NCBI GenBank assembly: GCA_041687695.1 | Contig: JAWLBL010000004.1 | Coordinates: 256,001 to 320,000, forward strand | Direction of reading: 5' to 3' | From: Myxococcota bacterium | Lineage (GTDB): Bacteria > Myxococcota_A > UBA9042 > PHBI01 > JAWLBL01 | DNA: 64,000 nucleotides | In this document: positions 1-12,465 of the stretch, piece by piece | Layout: the number at the start of each line of letters is the position of its first letter | How positions within the stretch are numbered: the stretch's first letter is position 1 | Program-made: the position numbers and the translations under genes | Notes under the pieces: generated by a model | Database searches by the model: none | Told to the model about the DNA's origin: nothing | What the model saw: the letters and a program-made list of their open reading frames with translations, nothing else

Positions 1-492
1 CCCGAGCAGCGCTGGCGGGTGGGCGAGGCCGAGCGAGAGGTCCGCTACCGCGCCGAGGGCGGCGGCCGCTACCGGGTCACGGTCGACGACGAGGCCAGCC
101 TGCCGGTCCGGGTGGTGGCGAGCGACGGCCCGACGCTGCGCCTGGCCATCGGCGACCACGTCTCGGCGTATCGCGTGGTGCGCGACGGCGCCCAGGTCTG
201 GGTCCATGGCGTGCGCGGCTCGACCGCCCTGGTCGCGCTGGACCGCTTCCCCGAGGAGGTCGGAGAGGCGGCCGCCGGCAGCTGCCTCGCCCCCATGCCC
301 GGCAAGGTCACCCAGGTGCTGGTCGAGCCCGGGCAGGAGGTGGCGCAGGGCCAGCCGCTGGTCCTGCTCGAGGCCATGAAGATGGAGCACACCCTGCGCG
401 CGCCCAGGGCCGGCGTGGTCGCCGCGGTGCTGGCCGAGCCGGGGCAGCTGGTCGAGGCGGACGCGGCGCTGGTCCGCCTCGACGAGGCCTGA
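1..492 (+). CDS. Biotin-dependent acyl-CoA carboxylase alpha subunit, C-terminal part (5'-truncated by window edge)
   Basis: Frame open from base 1; APMPGKV...LEAMKME biotinyl-lysine motif preceded by a BT-like region. Confidence 0.85.
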   Translation, partial: PEQRWRVGEAEREVRYRAEGGGRYRVTVDDEASLPVRVVASDGPTLRLAIGDHVSAYRVVRDGAQVWVHGVRGSTALVALDRFPEEVGEAAAGSCLAPMPGKVTQVLVEPGQEVAQGQPLVLLEAMKMEHTLRAPRAGVVAAVLAEPGQLVEADAALVRLDEA

Positions 493-501
493 CGGCGCGG
501 G

Positions 502-2766
502 TCAGCGCGCCAGCCGCTGCTTGTCGCTGGCGCTCAGGGCCTTGGCGCCGTCGGGAGCGACGACCACCGCCACCCCGCCGACCACCACGGTCACCCGCTC
601 GCCCAGGGCCAGCGCCTTCTTCAGATCCGGCCGCAGCTGGGCCAGCTCGACCCAGGCGGGGCTGAAGGGCGCGACCCGCACCTCGGGCATGCCCGCGCGG
701 TGGGCGGTGTCCAGCCAGGCCTGGCCGTCCCAGCGGAAGACCCGTCCGTCCGCGTAGCGCACCGTGGCGACGTCGCCGCCGGCGGTCTGCTTGTCCTTGA
801 GGTGCTTGACCACCTTGGCGTTGTCGACGCCCTGGCGGCCGCTGTCCTTCTTGAGCGCCTCGGCCGGCTTGGCGCCGCCCTGGGCGGCCGAGCGGCTCAT
901 CAGCTTGCCGGGCGAGGCCTCGGCCTCCTCGGCCGCGGGGGCGTCGGCGTCGCTGCCGAACCCGAAGTTGCCGCGCTCGCGGCGGAGCGTGGGCCGCGGC
1001 GGCAGCGGGCGCGGGCGCGGGTCGGGGCGCGCGGTGGCCACGTCCTCGACCACCAGGTAGCTGGTGTAGGGCGTCACGATGCCGTAGCGGGTCGCCAGCT
1101 GGACGATCTCGTCTTTGAGCCCCTGGGTCTCGCCTTCGAGCCGCACCTGGTCGAGCAGCACGCCGACCTGCCGGTGGGCCCACAGCGGCGCCAGGAAGGC
1201 GTTGTCGGGCTGGCGCTCGGGGAAGCGCCCCTCGAAGTCGTAGCGCTTTTCAGAGCCGGCGAAGGTGCCGGTCAGCCGGATCAGCGAGTCGCCGTCACCG
1301 CGGTAGCGCCCGACCAGCACGAGCTGGCCGCCCTTGAACAGATCCGGCACCCGCCCGGGCACCAGCGCGTAGGGGCGCGCCGTGGCCATGTCCAGCTTCA
1401 CGCCGGTCAGCACGGGGTGGGCCACCTGGCCGTACAGCGCGCTCACGGCGGCCTCGATGTCCTCGTCGGGGCGCACGTAGTGGCTGGTCCCGCCGCCGTC
1501 CATGGCCAGGCGGTCCAGCAGGTGCGTGTTGACCTCTTCGCCGATGCCGAAGGTGAACAGGCGCGTGTCGCGGCCGCGCCGCTCGGCGGCGTTGTCCAGG
1601 ATCTTCTTGATGTCGGTCTGCCCGACCGTCGGCCGGCCGTCGGTCATGAAGACGACCAGGTGCGGCGTCCGCGCGTCGCCCGGGGTCGCCAGCGCCGCCT
1701 TCAGGGCCTCGTCGATGGACGTGCCGCCCGCCGCCTCGAAGCCCTCGACGAACCGCTGGCCGCGCGCGACGTTGTCCCGCGTCGCCGGCAGCAGCCCCTC
1801 GCTGAAGGCCTCGACGTCGCTCGAGAAGCGGACGATGTTGAAGCGGTCGTCGCTGCCCAGCTGCCCCAGGCAGTAGGCCAGCGCCTTGCGCGCGTGGTCC
1901 ATGGCCTTGGCGCTCATCGAGCCCGAGGTGTCCAGCACGAAGGTGATGGCCTTGCCCTGGATCTCTTGGCTGTCGAACACCTCGCGCGGCGCCGCCACCA
2001 GCATGAAGTAGCCGGGCTCGGCGGGGCTGGGCCGGTGGGTCAGCAGCGTCAGGCCGACGTCCTTCTTCGAGATGCCGAAGTACAGGACGAAGTCGGTGTC
2101 GAGCGTGACCTCGTTGCCCTCGAAGCCGACCGTCGCGTGGTTGTCGCCGCGGCGCGCCACCGAGATGCGGTGGGTCGGCGAGTAGACGGCCTTGATGGGC
2201 GTCGCGTGCTGCAGGGTCGCGGTCAGCGTGAAGTCCTGCAGGGTCTTGGCGGCGCGCGCCGGCGTCTTGAGCGGGTAGACCAGCTTGTAGGTGCCGTCCA
2301 TGAAGGGCACCACCTGGGTGTAGGTCACCTCGACCTTCTGCTCGCCGCGCGGGGGCACCGGGAAGATGCGCGCCTTGAAGAGGTTGGGGCTCATCCAGTC
2401 GATGATCCCCGGGTCGACCATGCGGCGCACGATGTCGGTGTAGATCTGGTTGGCCTTGTCCTTGGGCAGCACCTCGCCCTTCTGCATGCGGCCGTTGACC
2501 ATCAGGTGGAAGTCGACCACCACGGCCTCGGTCGGGACCGGGAACAGGTACTGGGCCTCGAGCGGCCGGTCGGTGTGGTTGACGAAGACCTGCTCGACCT
2601 TGGTGACGGCGGTGCCGTCCTTGACCTGGATGTCGACGCGCTGGTGCTTGAGCGCGAACGGCGTGACCTGGGTGTCGGTCGGCAGCAGCAGGCCGGTGGC
2701 GTGCGCGGCGGGCGCGGCCAGGGCGCACAGCGACAGGGCGAGGGCGAGGCGGACGAGGCGGTTCAT
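502..2766 (-). CDS. Secreted VIT + vWA domain protein (inter-alpha-trypsin inhibitor-like)
   Basis: Start re-set to MNRLVRLALA (signal peptide); VIT-like N-terminus (QVFVNHTDRPLEAQYLFP); MIDAS DTSGSM, MTDG; C-terminal IVTPYTSYLV typical of this family. Confidence 0.85.
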   Translation of the reverse strand: MNRLVRLALALSLCALAAPAAHATGLLLPTDTQVTPFALKHQRVDIQVKDGTAVTKVEQVFVNHTDRPLEAQYLFPVPTEAVVVDFHLMVNGRMQKGEVLPKDKANQIYTDIVRRMVDPGIIDWMSPNLFKARIFPVPPRGEQKVEVTYTQVVPFMDGTYKLVYPLKTPARAAKTLQDFTLTATLQHATPIKAVYSPTHRISVARRGDNHATVGFEGNEVTLDTDFVLYFGISKKDVGLTLLTHRPSPAEPGYFMLVAAPREVFDSQEIQGKAITFVLDTSGSMSAKAMDHARKALAYCLGQLGSDDRFNIVRFSSDVEAFSEGLLPATRDNVARGQRFVEGFEAAGGTSIDEALKAALATPGDARTPHLVVFMTDGRPTVGQTDIKKILDNAAERRGRDTRLFTFGIGEEVNTHLLDRLAMDGGGTSHYVRPDEDIEAAVSALYGQVAHPVLTGVKLDMATARPYALVPGRVPDLFKGGQLVLVGRYRGDGDSLIRLTGTFAGSEKRYDFEGRFPERQPDNAFLAPLWAHRQVGVLLDQVRLEGETQGLKDEIVQLATRYGIVTPYTSYLVVEDVATARPDPRPRPLPPRPTLRRERGNFGFGSDADAPAAEEAEASPGKLMSRSAAQGGAKPAEALKKDSGRQGVDNAKVVKHLKDKQTAGGDVATVRYADGRVFRWDGQAWLDTAHRAGMPEVRVAPFSPAWVELAQLRPDLKKALALGERVTVVVGGVAVVVAPDGAKALSASDKQRLAR

Positions 2767-2840
2767 GAGCGTGACTCCCTTCGCGACGGGCGAACGGGCC
2801 TGTCGACGCGCCAGCCCGCCGAACGATCTACACCCGCGAA

Positions 2841-3587
2841 CTACGCCCGCGAGAACCCGGCCGCCGCCCGCGCCGCGCGCTGGCCGTAGGCGCTGGCCGG
2901 CGCCAGCTTCGCCGCCTTGCGCCAGGCGGCCATCGCCTCGCTCGGGCGCCCCGCGCGGGCCAGCGCGTCGCCTTGCCACAAGATGTTGCGCGCCCGCACC
3001 ACCCGCGTCAGCGGGAAGGCCCGCGCCCCGCTCAGCGCGGCCAGCGCCTGGGCCGCCTCGGCCGGCGCCCGTTCGGTCGCGACCCGCGCCGCCACGGCCT
3101 GCACCTCGGCGTGCCGCGCCGCCTCGGGCGCCGCCTGGGCCGCCTCCAGCGCTCGCTCGGCCCACCAGCGCTGCCCCAGCTGCAGGTTCGCCTCGACCTC
3201 GACCGCCAGCGCCGTCAGCCGGTCCTCGGGCCGCAGCCTGGCCCCCGCCCGCAGCGCCTCCAGCGCCCGCAGCGCCTCGCGCGGCCGCTCGCTGGCCACC
3301 AACCCCTGGCACCGCCGCAGCCGGTAGTGCGCCTTGAACCAGGGCGACCGGGCGGCCGTGATGCGCTGCGTCACCGCCAGCTCGAACAGCTCGCCCTGGC
3401 CGTCGGTCACCAGCCGGTGCAGCGCGTGGTAGGCGCCGTAGGCGCGGAAGAACGCCCAGGCCAGCATCAGGTGCGCGCCGCCGATGAGCGCCAGCACCCC
3501 CGGCGAGGCCGGCAGCACCTCGAAAAACAGCAGCGCCGAGACGACGAGCGAGCCCAGGACGAGGGCGCCGAACGCAAGCGCGAGCAC
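2841..3587 (-). CDS. Membrane protein with two N-terminal TM helices and TPR-like helical C-terminus
   Basis: Two hydrophobic segments then Ala/Arg-rich helical repeats (GDALARAGRPSEAMAAWRKAAKLAP); 13 bp downstream of the Ig-vWA gene. Confidence 0.6.
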   Translation of the reverse strand: MLALAFGALVLGSLVVSALLFFEVLPASPGVLALIGGAHLMLAWAFFRAYGAYHALHRLVTDGQGELFELAVTQRITAARSPWFKAHYRLRRCQGLVASERPREALRALEALRAGARLRPEDRLTALAVEVEANLQLGQRWWAERALEAAQAAPEAARHAEVQAVAARVATERAPAEAAQALAALSGARAFPLTRVVRARNILWQGDALARAGRPSEAMAAWRKAAKLAPASAYGQRAARAAAGFSRA

Positions 3588-3600
3588 GCCCGCCGCCGGC

Positions 3601-6600
3601 CTACTGCGCGCCCGTGGGCGTGGGCGCCCCGCCGCACAGCACGTCGTACTCCAGCTCGACGTTCTGCCCGTAGTCCGGGAAGCAGGCGCCGCCCTCCTCG
3701 AACACCACCGCGCCCGACGACTCGTTCCAGAACCAGCCCTCGCTGCACGGTTGCCCGTCGACGCGCACCACCAGCGACCCCGGGTCGACGGGGTAGGTCG
3801 GATAGAAGCGGTCCTTGAGCCCGAAGGTCTTGCCGGCGACGGCCTCGAACTCGGCCCCGAAGTCGTCGGCGCAGATGCTGGCGACGTGTCCGCCGGTCGC
3901 CTCGGCGGCCTGGATGTAGCGCAGCCCGACCGAGCCCCACGGCGTGAAGCAGCCGTCGAGCGTCTCGACCACCGAGTGGATGCGCACCCCGACGCCGCTG
4001 CCCGGCTTCTTCAGGGCCGCGAGGTGGCTGACGTACCAGGCGACCGACTGCGGGCTCGAGTCCTCCTCGTCGCTGACCATGATGACGACCAGCTCGGCGT
4101 CGTCGCGCAGAAAGCCCCAGTTCGGGCCGCGGCACTGCCCCTCGAGGCACCACAGGTACAGGCCCGGGCCGTACTCGGGGCACTGGCCGGGCGCGTTGAC
4201 GCAGGTGATGTCGGTCTCCATGACGTTGCCGCCCGTCAGGGCCAGCCACGCGGCCTCGAGGCCCTTCTCGTCGCCCGAGCCGGTGATGCCGACGATGAGG
4301 TTCTGCGCGAACACCGCCGGGTCGTCGCCGGTCTTGGCGACGGGCGGGAAGCCCTTGAAGCGCCCGCGCAGGCCGGTCGTCTGCTCGACGTCGGTGGTCG
4401 TCACCGCCAGCTGGTAGTCCTGCCCCCAGCCGGTCGCGATCTGCACCAGCTTGGGCAGCTCGTTCTTCAGCATGTGCTGCTTGTCGGACATCGACCCCGA
4501 GTCGTCGACGATGAACAGCACGTCCACCTTGGCGGGCGGCACCTGCTCGAACACGTCGACGTGGTGGTCGACGTCGATGGCCTTGCCCACCGCCGGGATG
4601 ACCGCCTGCTTCTGGTTGTCCCAGTTCTTCAGCGGCGCGTCGGTCTCCAGCTCCAGCTGGCAGCTGCGCTCGCCCCCCTCGGTCGGCGCGAACCGGACCT
4701 CGAGGTACAGCGTCCCGAAGGGCGGCACCTTCGCCGGCAGCGCCGCCCCGTAGACCTTCACCTCGCCCTCGCAGCCGACCGCGTCGAACCCGGTCACCGT
4801 CCCCTCGAGCGGCCCCGGGTTGGTCACCGTCACCAGGTGCGCCGCCCCCTCGCAGTCGGTGCGCACCGTCCCGAAGTCGATCTCCGGCGGGTCCACCAGC
4901 AGCATCGGCACCGCGCTCTCGCCGCGCAGGTTGATGCCCGCCATCCACCCGCCCGGCGGCGCCACGTACTTGGCCGTCGCCGTGTTCGGGTCGTGCAGCA
5001 TCACGGCGAGCCGCCCGAAGTGCGAGTCGCGCCCCAGGATGAGGTTCTCGACCTCGGGCGCGTCGAAGGTCACCTCGAAGTCCAGGTGCCCGCCCGGCCC
5101 GAGGACCTGCTTGAAGGCCGGCCCCTCGGCCAGCCCGAAGGGCGTCACGAACCCGGACTGGCACTGGAAGTAGTGCCGCACGCCCGCCTGCACCTTCAGG
5201 CACCCGTCGACGAACACCTCGCGGTACTCGCAGTTGCCCGAGCCGTAGTTGACCAGCTGCAGGGTCCGGGTGGCCTCGGTGCCCTCCTTGATGCCGCCGA
5301 ACGTCAGCAGCTCCGGCGCGAACGCCGGCTCGCACGTCGGCCGCTGCGCCCGCCGCGCCACCACGTCGAGCGGGTAGGCCGGCACCAGCGGGTCGCTCGT
5401 GTTCACCGTGAAGCGCGCGAACTCGGTGCCCTGCGTCCCCTCGGTGTTCTCGAAGGTCAGCTCGAGCGTCACCGACTCGCCCGGGTTCAGCGTCGCCGGC
5501 AGCTTGCCCGCGTCGGGGAAGCCGAACTCGCTCGACGTCGCGTCGCTCAGCTGCGCCGCGGTCACCTTCATGGGCTGCTCACCCACGTTCAGCGCCGTCA
5601 CGGTGCGCTTGCCGACGAAGCCCTCGGCCACGTAGCCGAAGTCGATGACGTCGTCGGGCACGAACACGATGGACGGCGTCCCGGCGGCGCCGAACAGCGG
5701 CACCGTCGCCGGGTCGTTGGCGGCGTCGTTCGAGCGGACGACCACCTTCGCCAGCGGGACGCCGGTCATGGGGATGTCGTCGATCGGCTGGAAGTACGCG
5801 CCGAAGGTGATCGAGTCCTTGGGCGCCAGGACCAACTCGCTCGTGCCGACCCAGCCCAGGTCGATGCCGGCCAGGTACACGGTCGGCTGCGCCTCGACCA
5901 GCTCGAACGAGCTCAGCACGAGGTCGGCGTTGCCCTCGTTGCGCAGCTTGACCTCGACGTAGCGGCTCTCGCCGGGGGCGACCCAACCGAACTGCACGTT
6001 CGCCGGCTCGACGACCAGCAGCGGCGTCTCCTCCTCGCCCTCGAGCGGCACGGTGACGGTGACGTCCTCGCGGTCGGTCAGGACGCGCAGGACGGCGTCG
6101 TCCCGGTCCTTGCCCGACGGGCTGTAGGTGACGTGGACCAGGCGCGACTCGGTCTCGGGGATCACGGTCTGGGCGGTCACGTCGCAGGCGAAGTCCGCGT
6201 CGGCGTCGTCGACGATCTCGCAGCCGGTCAGCACGGCCGGGGCCGTCCCCACGTTCGACAGGCGCACGCCGATGGTCTTGGGCGCGCCGGCCTGCACCAC
6301 GCCGAAGTCGACCGCCGTCGGGGTCGCCACCAGCGTAGCCCGCTGGCCCGGGGTCTTGATGGGGATCTCGGTCTTGCTGCTCGAGGCCAGGTTGTGCCCG
6401 ATGACCAGCTGCCCCTCGTCGGGCTCGTCGTGCTCGCTCTTGTAGACGATCTGGATGCGGGTCTCCTCGCCTGGCGCGAGCGAACGCTTCTCGATGGTGC
6501 CGACCGACAGGTCCGGCGAGTCGGTGACCAGCTTGATGGGGTCCAGCCGGACGACGCCGCCCGTCCCGGTGTGGCGCACGGTCACCAGGCGCTTGGCGAC

Positions 6601-6762
6601 GCCGCCGCGCGGCACGTCTTCGAAGGACAGGATCGAGGGCGAGATCTCGAGGCGGGCCTCGGGGCCCAGCTGGAAGGCCTCGGACCCGTCGGAGCAGGCC
6701 GCGAGCAGGGCCAGGCCCATCGCGACGAGCGCGGCTGACCTCAACGGTGTCGGACGCTGCAT
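3601..6762 (-). CDS. Large surface lipoprotein: tandem choice-of-anchor-D/ASH-type Ig domains + C-terminal vWA domain
   Basis: Start re-set to MQRPTPL; lipobox LLAAC; repeated P..(V/I)DFG.V / LxNxG Ig motifs; DVLFIVDDSGSM, GFLRDDAELVVIMVSDEED vWA motifs. Confidence 0.8.
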   Translation of the reverse strand: MQRPTPLRSAALVAMGLALLAACSDGSEAFQLGPEARLEISPSILSFEDVPRGGVAKRLVTVRHTGTGGVVRLDPIKLVTDSPDLSVGTIEKRSLAPGEETRIQIVYKSEHDEPDEGQLVIGHNLASSSKTEIPIKTPGQRATLVATPTAVDFGVVQAGAPKTIGVRLSNVGTAPAVLTGCEIVDDADADFACDVTAQTVIPETESRLVHVTYSPSGKDRDDAVLRVLTDREDVTVTVPLEGEEETPLLVVEPANVQFGWVAPGESRYVEVKLRNEGNADLVLSSFELVEAQPTVYLAGIDLGWVGTSELVLAPKDSITFGAYFQPIDDIPMTGVPLAKVVVRSNDAANDPATVPLFGAAGTPSIVFVPDDVIDFGYVAEGFVGKRTVTALNVGEQPMKVTAAQLSDATSSEFGFPDAGKLPATLNPGESVTLELTFENTEGTQGTEFARFTVNTSDPLVPAYPLDVVARRAQRPTCEPAFAPELLTFGGIKEGTEATRTLQLVNYGSGNCEYREVFVDGCLKVQAGVRHYFQCQSGFVTPFGLAEGPAFKQVLGPGGHLDFEVTFDAPEVENLILGRDSHFGRLAVMLHDPNTATAKYVAPPGGWMAGINLRGESAVPMLLVDPPEIDFGTVRTDCEGAAHLVTVTNPGPLEGTVTGFDAVGCEGEVKVYGAALPAKVPPFGTLYLEVRFAPTEGGERSCQLELETDAPLKNWDNQKQAVIPAVGKAIDVDHHVDVFEQVPPAKVDVLFIVDDSGSMSDKQHMLKNELPKLVQIATGWGQDYQLAVTTTDVEQTTGLRGRFKGFPPVAKTGDDPAVFAQNLIVGITGSGDEKGLEAAWLALTGGNVMETDITCVNAPGQCPEYGPGLYLWCLEGQCRGPNWGFLRDDAELVVIMVSDEEDSSPQSVAWYVSHLAALKKPGSGVGVRIHSVVETLDGCFTPWGSVGLRYIQAAEATGGHVASICADDFGAEFEAVAGKTFGLKDRFYPTYPVDPGSLVVRVDGQPCSEGWFWNESSGAVVFEEGGACFPDYGQNVELEYDVLCGGAPTPTGAQ

Positions 6763-6906
6763 CGATCCCCTCCCATCCGCAGGACTGCCTGGAGTATCAT
6801 CCAGGTCCGAGACGCTACAAGGGCGTTCCGAGATTCGAACGACGCGCCGGCGCGCCCCCGAGGCGACACCGCCGTCGCACTCCACCGCCCCCGGGAGCCT
6901 GCTGCC

Positions 6907-7659
6907 TTGACCCTCTGGACCGCCGCCGCGCTCGCCGCCTCCCTGGGGCTCGCCCCGCTGGGCGCCGACGCCGCACCGCCGGCCGCGAGCCCCACCACCG
7001 AGCGCCTGCTGCTCGACGTCGCGACGCGAGAGGCCTTCACCGCGCGCCACGCCTCGGCCTTCCTGCGCGTGCGCTATCGTCCAGCGCCGCCGCCGGGCCA
7101 GGACGTGGGCTTCCAGACCGAGCACGAGACCCTCGGGGCGGTCGTCTCCGGTCCCGGCGGCGTGCCCTGGGTGCTCGCGCCCGAGCACCTCCTCGCCGGC
7201 GTGGGCAAGGTCCAGCTGATCCTGGCCGACGGGCGAGAGGTCCCCGCCCGCGTGGTCCACGCCCGCGACCCCGACGAGGCGCCGCTGGCCCGGCTCGAGC
7301 CGACCTCGCCCGACGCGCTGGCCGGCCTCGCAAAGCTGGGCTGGGCGCCCGCCGACGCCGTGACCACCGGCGCCCGCGGCTGGGCCATCGAGTGGCCCGA
7401 CATGGGCCAGCTGCCCGCCGGCGCCCGGCCGCGCCCCGTGCTGGTCGACACCGAGCTGGGCGCCGAGGCCGAGCACCCCCTCGAGCGCTTCCGCACGGTC
7501 GCCCTGTCGCGGGCCGACGGGCTGGCGGTGGTCGACGCCGCCGGCCGGGTCCTGTGCATCGCCTACCGCGCCGTGCTGTCGCTCGACACCCTGAGCCTCT
7601 GCGCGCCCCGGGACGCGGCCCTCGGGCCGCTCGGCGTCGCCTCGCCGCCCGCCCCGTGA
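6907..7659 (+). CDS. Exported trypsin-like (HtrA-type) protein, probably catalytically degenerate
   Basis: Signal peptide; WVLAPEHLL..VQLILADGREVPARVV and VVDAAGRVLCI match the HtrA protease domain pattern; GNSGG missing; stop overlaps tilS start (GTGA). Confidence 0.55.
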   Translation: MTLWTAAALAASLGLAPLGADAAPPAASPTTERLLLDVATREAFTARHASAFLRVRYRPAPPPGQDVGFQTEHETLGAVVSGPGGVPWVLAPEHLLAGVGKVQLILADGREVPARVVHARDPDEAPLARLEPTSPDALAGLAKLGWAPADAVTTGARGWAIEWPDMGQLPAGARPRPVLVDTELGAEAEHPLERFRTVALSRADGLAVVDAAGRVLCIAYRAVLSLDTLSLCAPRDAALGPLGVASPPAP

Positions 7660-9089
7660 CGCTCGCCGAGGTGGCCGCGAGCGTGGCCGACGCGCTCCGC
7701 GGCCCCTGCGCGGTGGCGTCCGGCACGCCCATCGTCGTCGCTTGCAGCGGCGGGGCCGACTCGGTGGCCCTGGCCCACGCGCTGGGCGCCTGCCGCCCCG
7801 AGTGGCCGGTAGCGCTGGTGGCCTTCGTCGATCACGGCCTGCGTGACGTCACCGACGAGCGCGCGGCGGCCCGGGCGGCGGCCGAGGCGCTGGGTGTGCC
7901 CTTCGCCGCCCGGCAGGTGGCCATCGAGCCCGGGCGCAACCTGCAGGCGGCCGCCCGGGCGGCGCGCTACGAGGCGCTCGAGGCGCTGACGCCACCCGGG
8001 GCCGTCCTCGCGACGGGGCACACCGCCACCGATCAGGCCGAGACGGTGCTGCAGCGCCTCGTGCGCGGCGCCGGGCTGCGAGGGCTGGCCGGCGTGCGGG
8101 CCCGATCCGGGCGGCGCGTGCGGCCGCTGTTGGCGGTGACCCGCGCCGCGACGCGGGGGCTCGGGCTGCCCTTCGCCGACGACGTGACCAACGCCACGGG
8201 CCGCTTCCTGCGCAATCGGCTGCGCGACCAGGTGCTGCCGCTGCTGGCGGCCGAGAACCCTCGCGTCGAGCAGGCGTTGGCCGAGGTCGCCCGCGCGGCC
8301 GCCGACGAGCTGGCCCTCGTCGACGCGCTGATCGCGCACCTGGCGCGGAGCGGGGCGCTGTCCCGGGCCGATCTCCGTGGCGCCGACCCGCGCCTGGTCG
8401 AGGCGGTCGTGCGGTGGCGGCACCGACACGAGCGGGGCGAGGCGCCGCTGCCGCGCGCGTCGGCCGCGGCGCTGGCCGACAAGCTGGTCGAAGGCGCAGC
8501 GTCGGCGCGGGTGAGCCTGGGCGCCGGACTGCGCGGCCATGCCCGGCGCGGGCGCCTGTCCTTCGAAAAGGACGACGATCCGCGCGGCCGCCTTGTTGCC
8601 CCCGGGCCGGGTTCCTATCGTCTGGGCCGCGTGCGGCTCACGCTCGAGCTCCGGCCAGTCGGGGCGAGCGAGGAGGCGGACGCGTCGGGGACGCATGCAG
8701 GGACGGCAGGGGCAGCGGGTGAGGCGACGGCCGCGGGCGACGGAGACGTCGCGCTGTGGGTCGACGCGTCGGCCGTGGTCTGGCCGCTCGAGCTGCGGCG
8801 TGCTCCGAGGTCTGGCGACTTCTCGCCGGGCGCGGGCGGCGGGGGCGAGGATCCTGCGCGTCGCGGCCGGTCGGAGTCGAGCTTCCGGACGTCCGGTGAG
8901 AATGTTTCCGGATCGGCCGCTGTTGGGGCCATACCGGGCAAGGACAAGATGCACCGGCTCGTGTTAGTGGATGGTGCGGGGCGGGTCGTGTGGCCGGTCC
9001 CATGGGAGCAACCAGCCGTCGAGACCGCGGCGCCGCGTCTTTCGCGTGGCGTCCGAACACTGAGGATTCGCCTGAGCCGAGACCCCTAG
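7656..9089 (+). CDS. tilS: tRNA(Ile)-lysidine synthetase
   Basis: ACSGGADS PP-loop, VDHGLR, ARAARY, TGHTATDQAETVL, RNRLR; GTG start at 7656. Confidence 0.93.
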   Translation: MTLAEVAASVADALRGPCAVASGTPIVVACSGGADSVALAHALGACRPEWPVALVAFVDHGLRDVTDERAAARAAAEALGVPFAARQVAIEPGRNLQAAARAARYEALEALTPPGAVLATGHTATDQAETVLQRLVRGAGLRGLAGVRARSGRRVRPLLAVTRAATRGLGLPFADDVTNATGRFLRNRLRDQVLPLLAAENPRVEQALAEVARAAADELALVDALIAHLARSGALSRADLRGADPRLVEAVVRWRHRHERGEAPLPRASAAALADKLVEGAASARVSLGAGLRGHARRGRLSFEKDDDPRGRLVAPGPGSYRLGRVRLTLELRPVGASEEADASGTHAGTAGAAGEATAAGDGDVALWVDASAVVWPLELRRAPRSGDFSPGAGGGGEDPARRGRSESSFRTSGENVSGSAAVGAIPGKDKMHRLVLVDGAGRVVWPVPWEQPAVETAAPRLSRGVRTLRIRLSRDP

Positions 9090-9147
9090 GTTGTACCGAC
9101 CTGGTCCTCACGGGTAACTTGGCGACGGCCGACCTGACAGCGGAAGG

Positions 9148-11499
<2,352 letters not shown>

Positions 11500-11504
11500 A
11501 TCCC

Positions 11505-12377
11505 GTGACACCGGCCGTCCCGCCGCCCTTCCGGCTGCCGGACGGCCGGTCCCTCACCTTCGACCGCGTCCGGGTGATGGGGGTCCTCAACGTGACCCCC
11601 GACTCCTTCTCCGACGGCGGTCGGTTCCTCGACGTCGACGCCGCCCTGCGCCAGGCCGAGCGCTTGATCGCGGGTGGCGCCCACCTGCTGGACGTGGGCG
11701 GCGAGTCGACGCGCCCCGGCAGCGACCCCGTCCCGGCCGAGGTGCAGCGCGCGCGCGTCGTCCCGGTCATCGAGGCCGTGACGCGTCGCTTCGAGGCGCC
11801 GGTCTCGGTGGACACCACGTCGGCCGAGGTGGCGGCCGCCGCCCTCGACGCCGGGGCGGCCATCGTGAACGACATCAGCGCCTTCCGCTTCGACCCGGCC
11901 ATGCTGGCCCTCCTCGCGCGGACCGGCGCCCCCGCCTTCGCGATGCACACCCTGGCCGAGCCGAGGGTGATGCAGCGAGACCCTCGCTACGGCGACGTCG
12001 TCGCCGAGGTGAAGCAGCACCTGGCGCAGCGGGTCGAGGCCTGCCGCGCGGCGGGCGTGTCGCCGGCGCAGATCGGACTCGATCCCGGCATCGGGTTCGG
12101 CAAGACCGTGGCGCACAACCTGGCGCTGCTGCGCGAGCTGCCCCAGCTGGTCGCCCTCGGCCACCCGGTGCTGGTCGGCACCAGCCGCAAGGGCTTTCTG
12201 GGCGCCCTGACCGGCCGCGCCGTGGGCGAGCGCCTCGCCGCGACCGCCGCGTCCGTCGCCGCCAGCGTCGTCCTCGGCGCTCACGTGGTCCGCGTCCACG
12301 ACGTCGCCGAGCTGCGCGACACCCTCATCGTCGCCGACGCCATCGCGCACGGCCCGCCACCCGAGGCCCTGCATTGA
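11505..12377 (+). CDS. folP: Dihydropteroate synthase
   Basis: MGVLNVTPDSFSDGG, GGESTRPG, DPGIGFGK, GTSRKGF, RVHDV. Confidence 0.96.
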   Translation: MTPAVPPPFRLPDGRSLTFDRVRVMGVLNVTPDSFSDGGRFLDVDAALRQAERLIAGGAHLLDVGGESTRPGSDPVPAEVQRARVVPVIEAVTRRFEAPVSVDTTSAEVAAAALDAGAAIVNDISAFRFDPAMLALLARTGAPAFAMHTLAEPRVMQRDPRYGDVVAEVKQHLAQRVEACRAAGVSPAQIGLDPGIGFGKTVAHNLALLRELPQLVALGHPVLVGTSRKGFLGALTGRAVGERLAATAASVAASVVLGAHVVRVHDVAELRDTLIVADAIAHGPPPEALH

Positions 12378-12465
12378 CGCCCCCGGCTGGCTTGCGTAGC
12401 GTCAGCCCCCCTCGCCGGTCCCGCCGCACGGCGCGACCGGTCGAAGTCTGCTCCGGAGTCCCGGC

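Noticed and set aside
700..6738. Long antisense ORFs 700..2889 and 3484..6738 (also 9466..11511, 43487..46540, 56834..59941, 60067..62847 and similar)
   Set aside because: Shadow frames of real genes in high-GC DNA; no recognisable motifs
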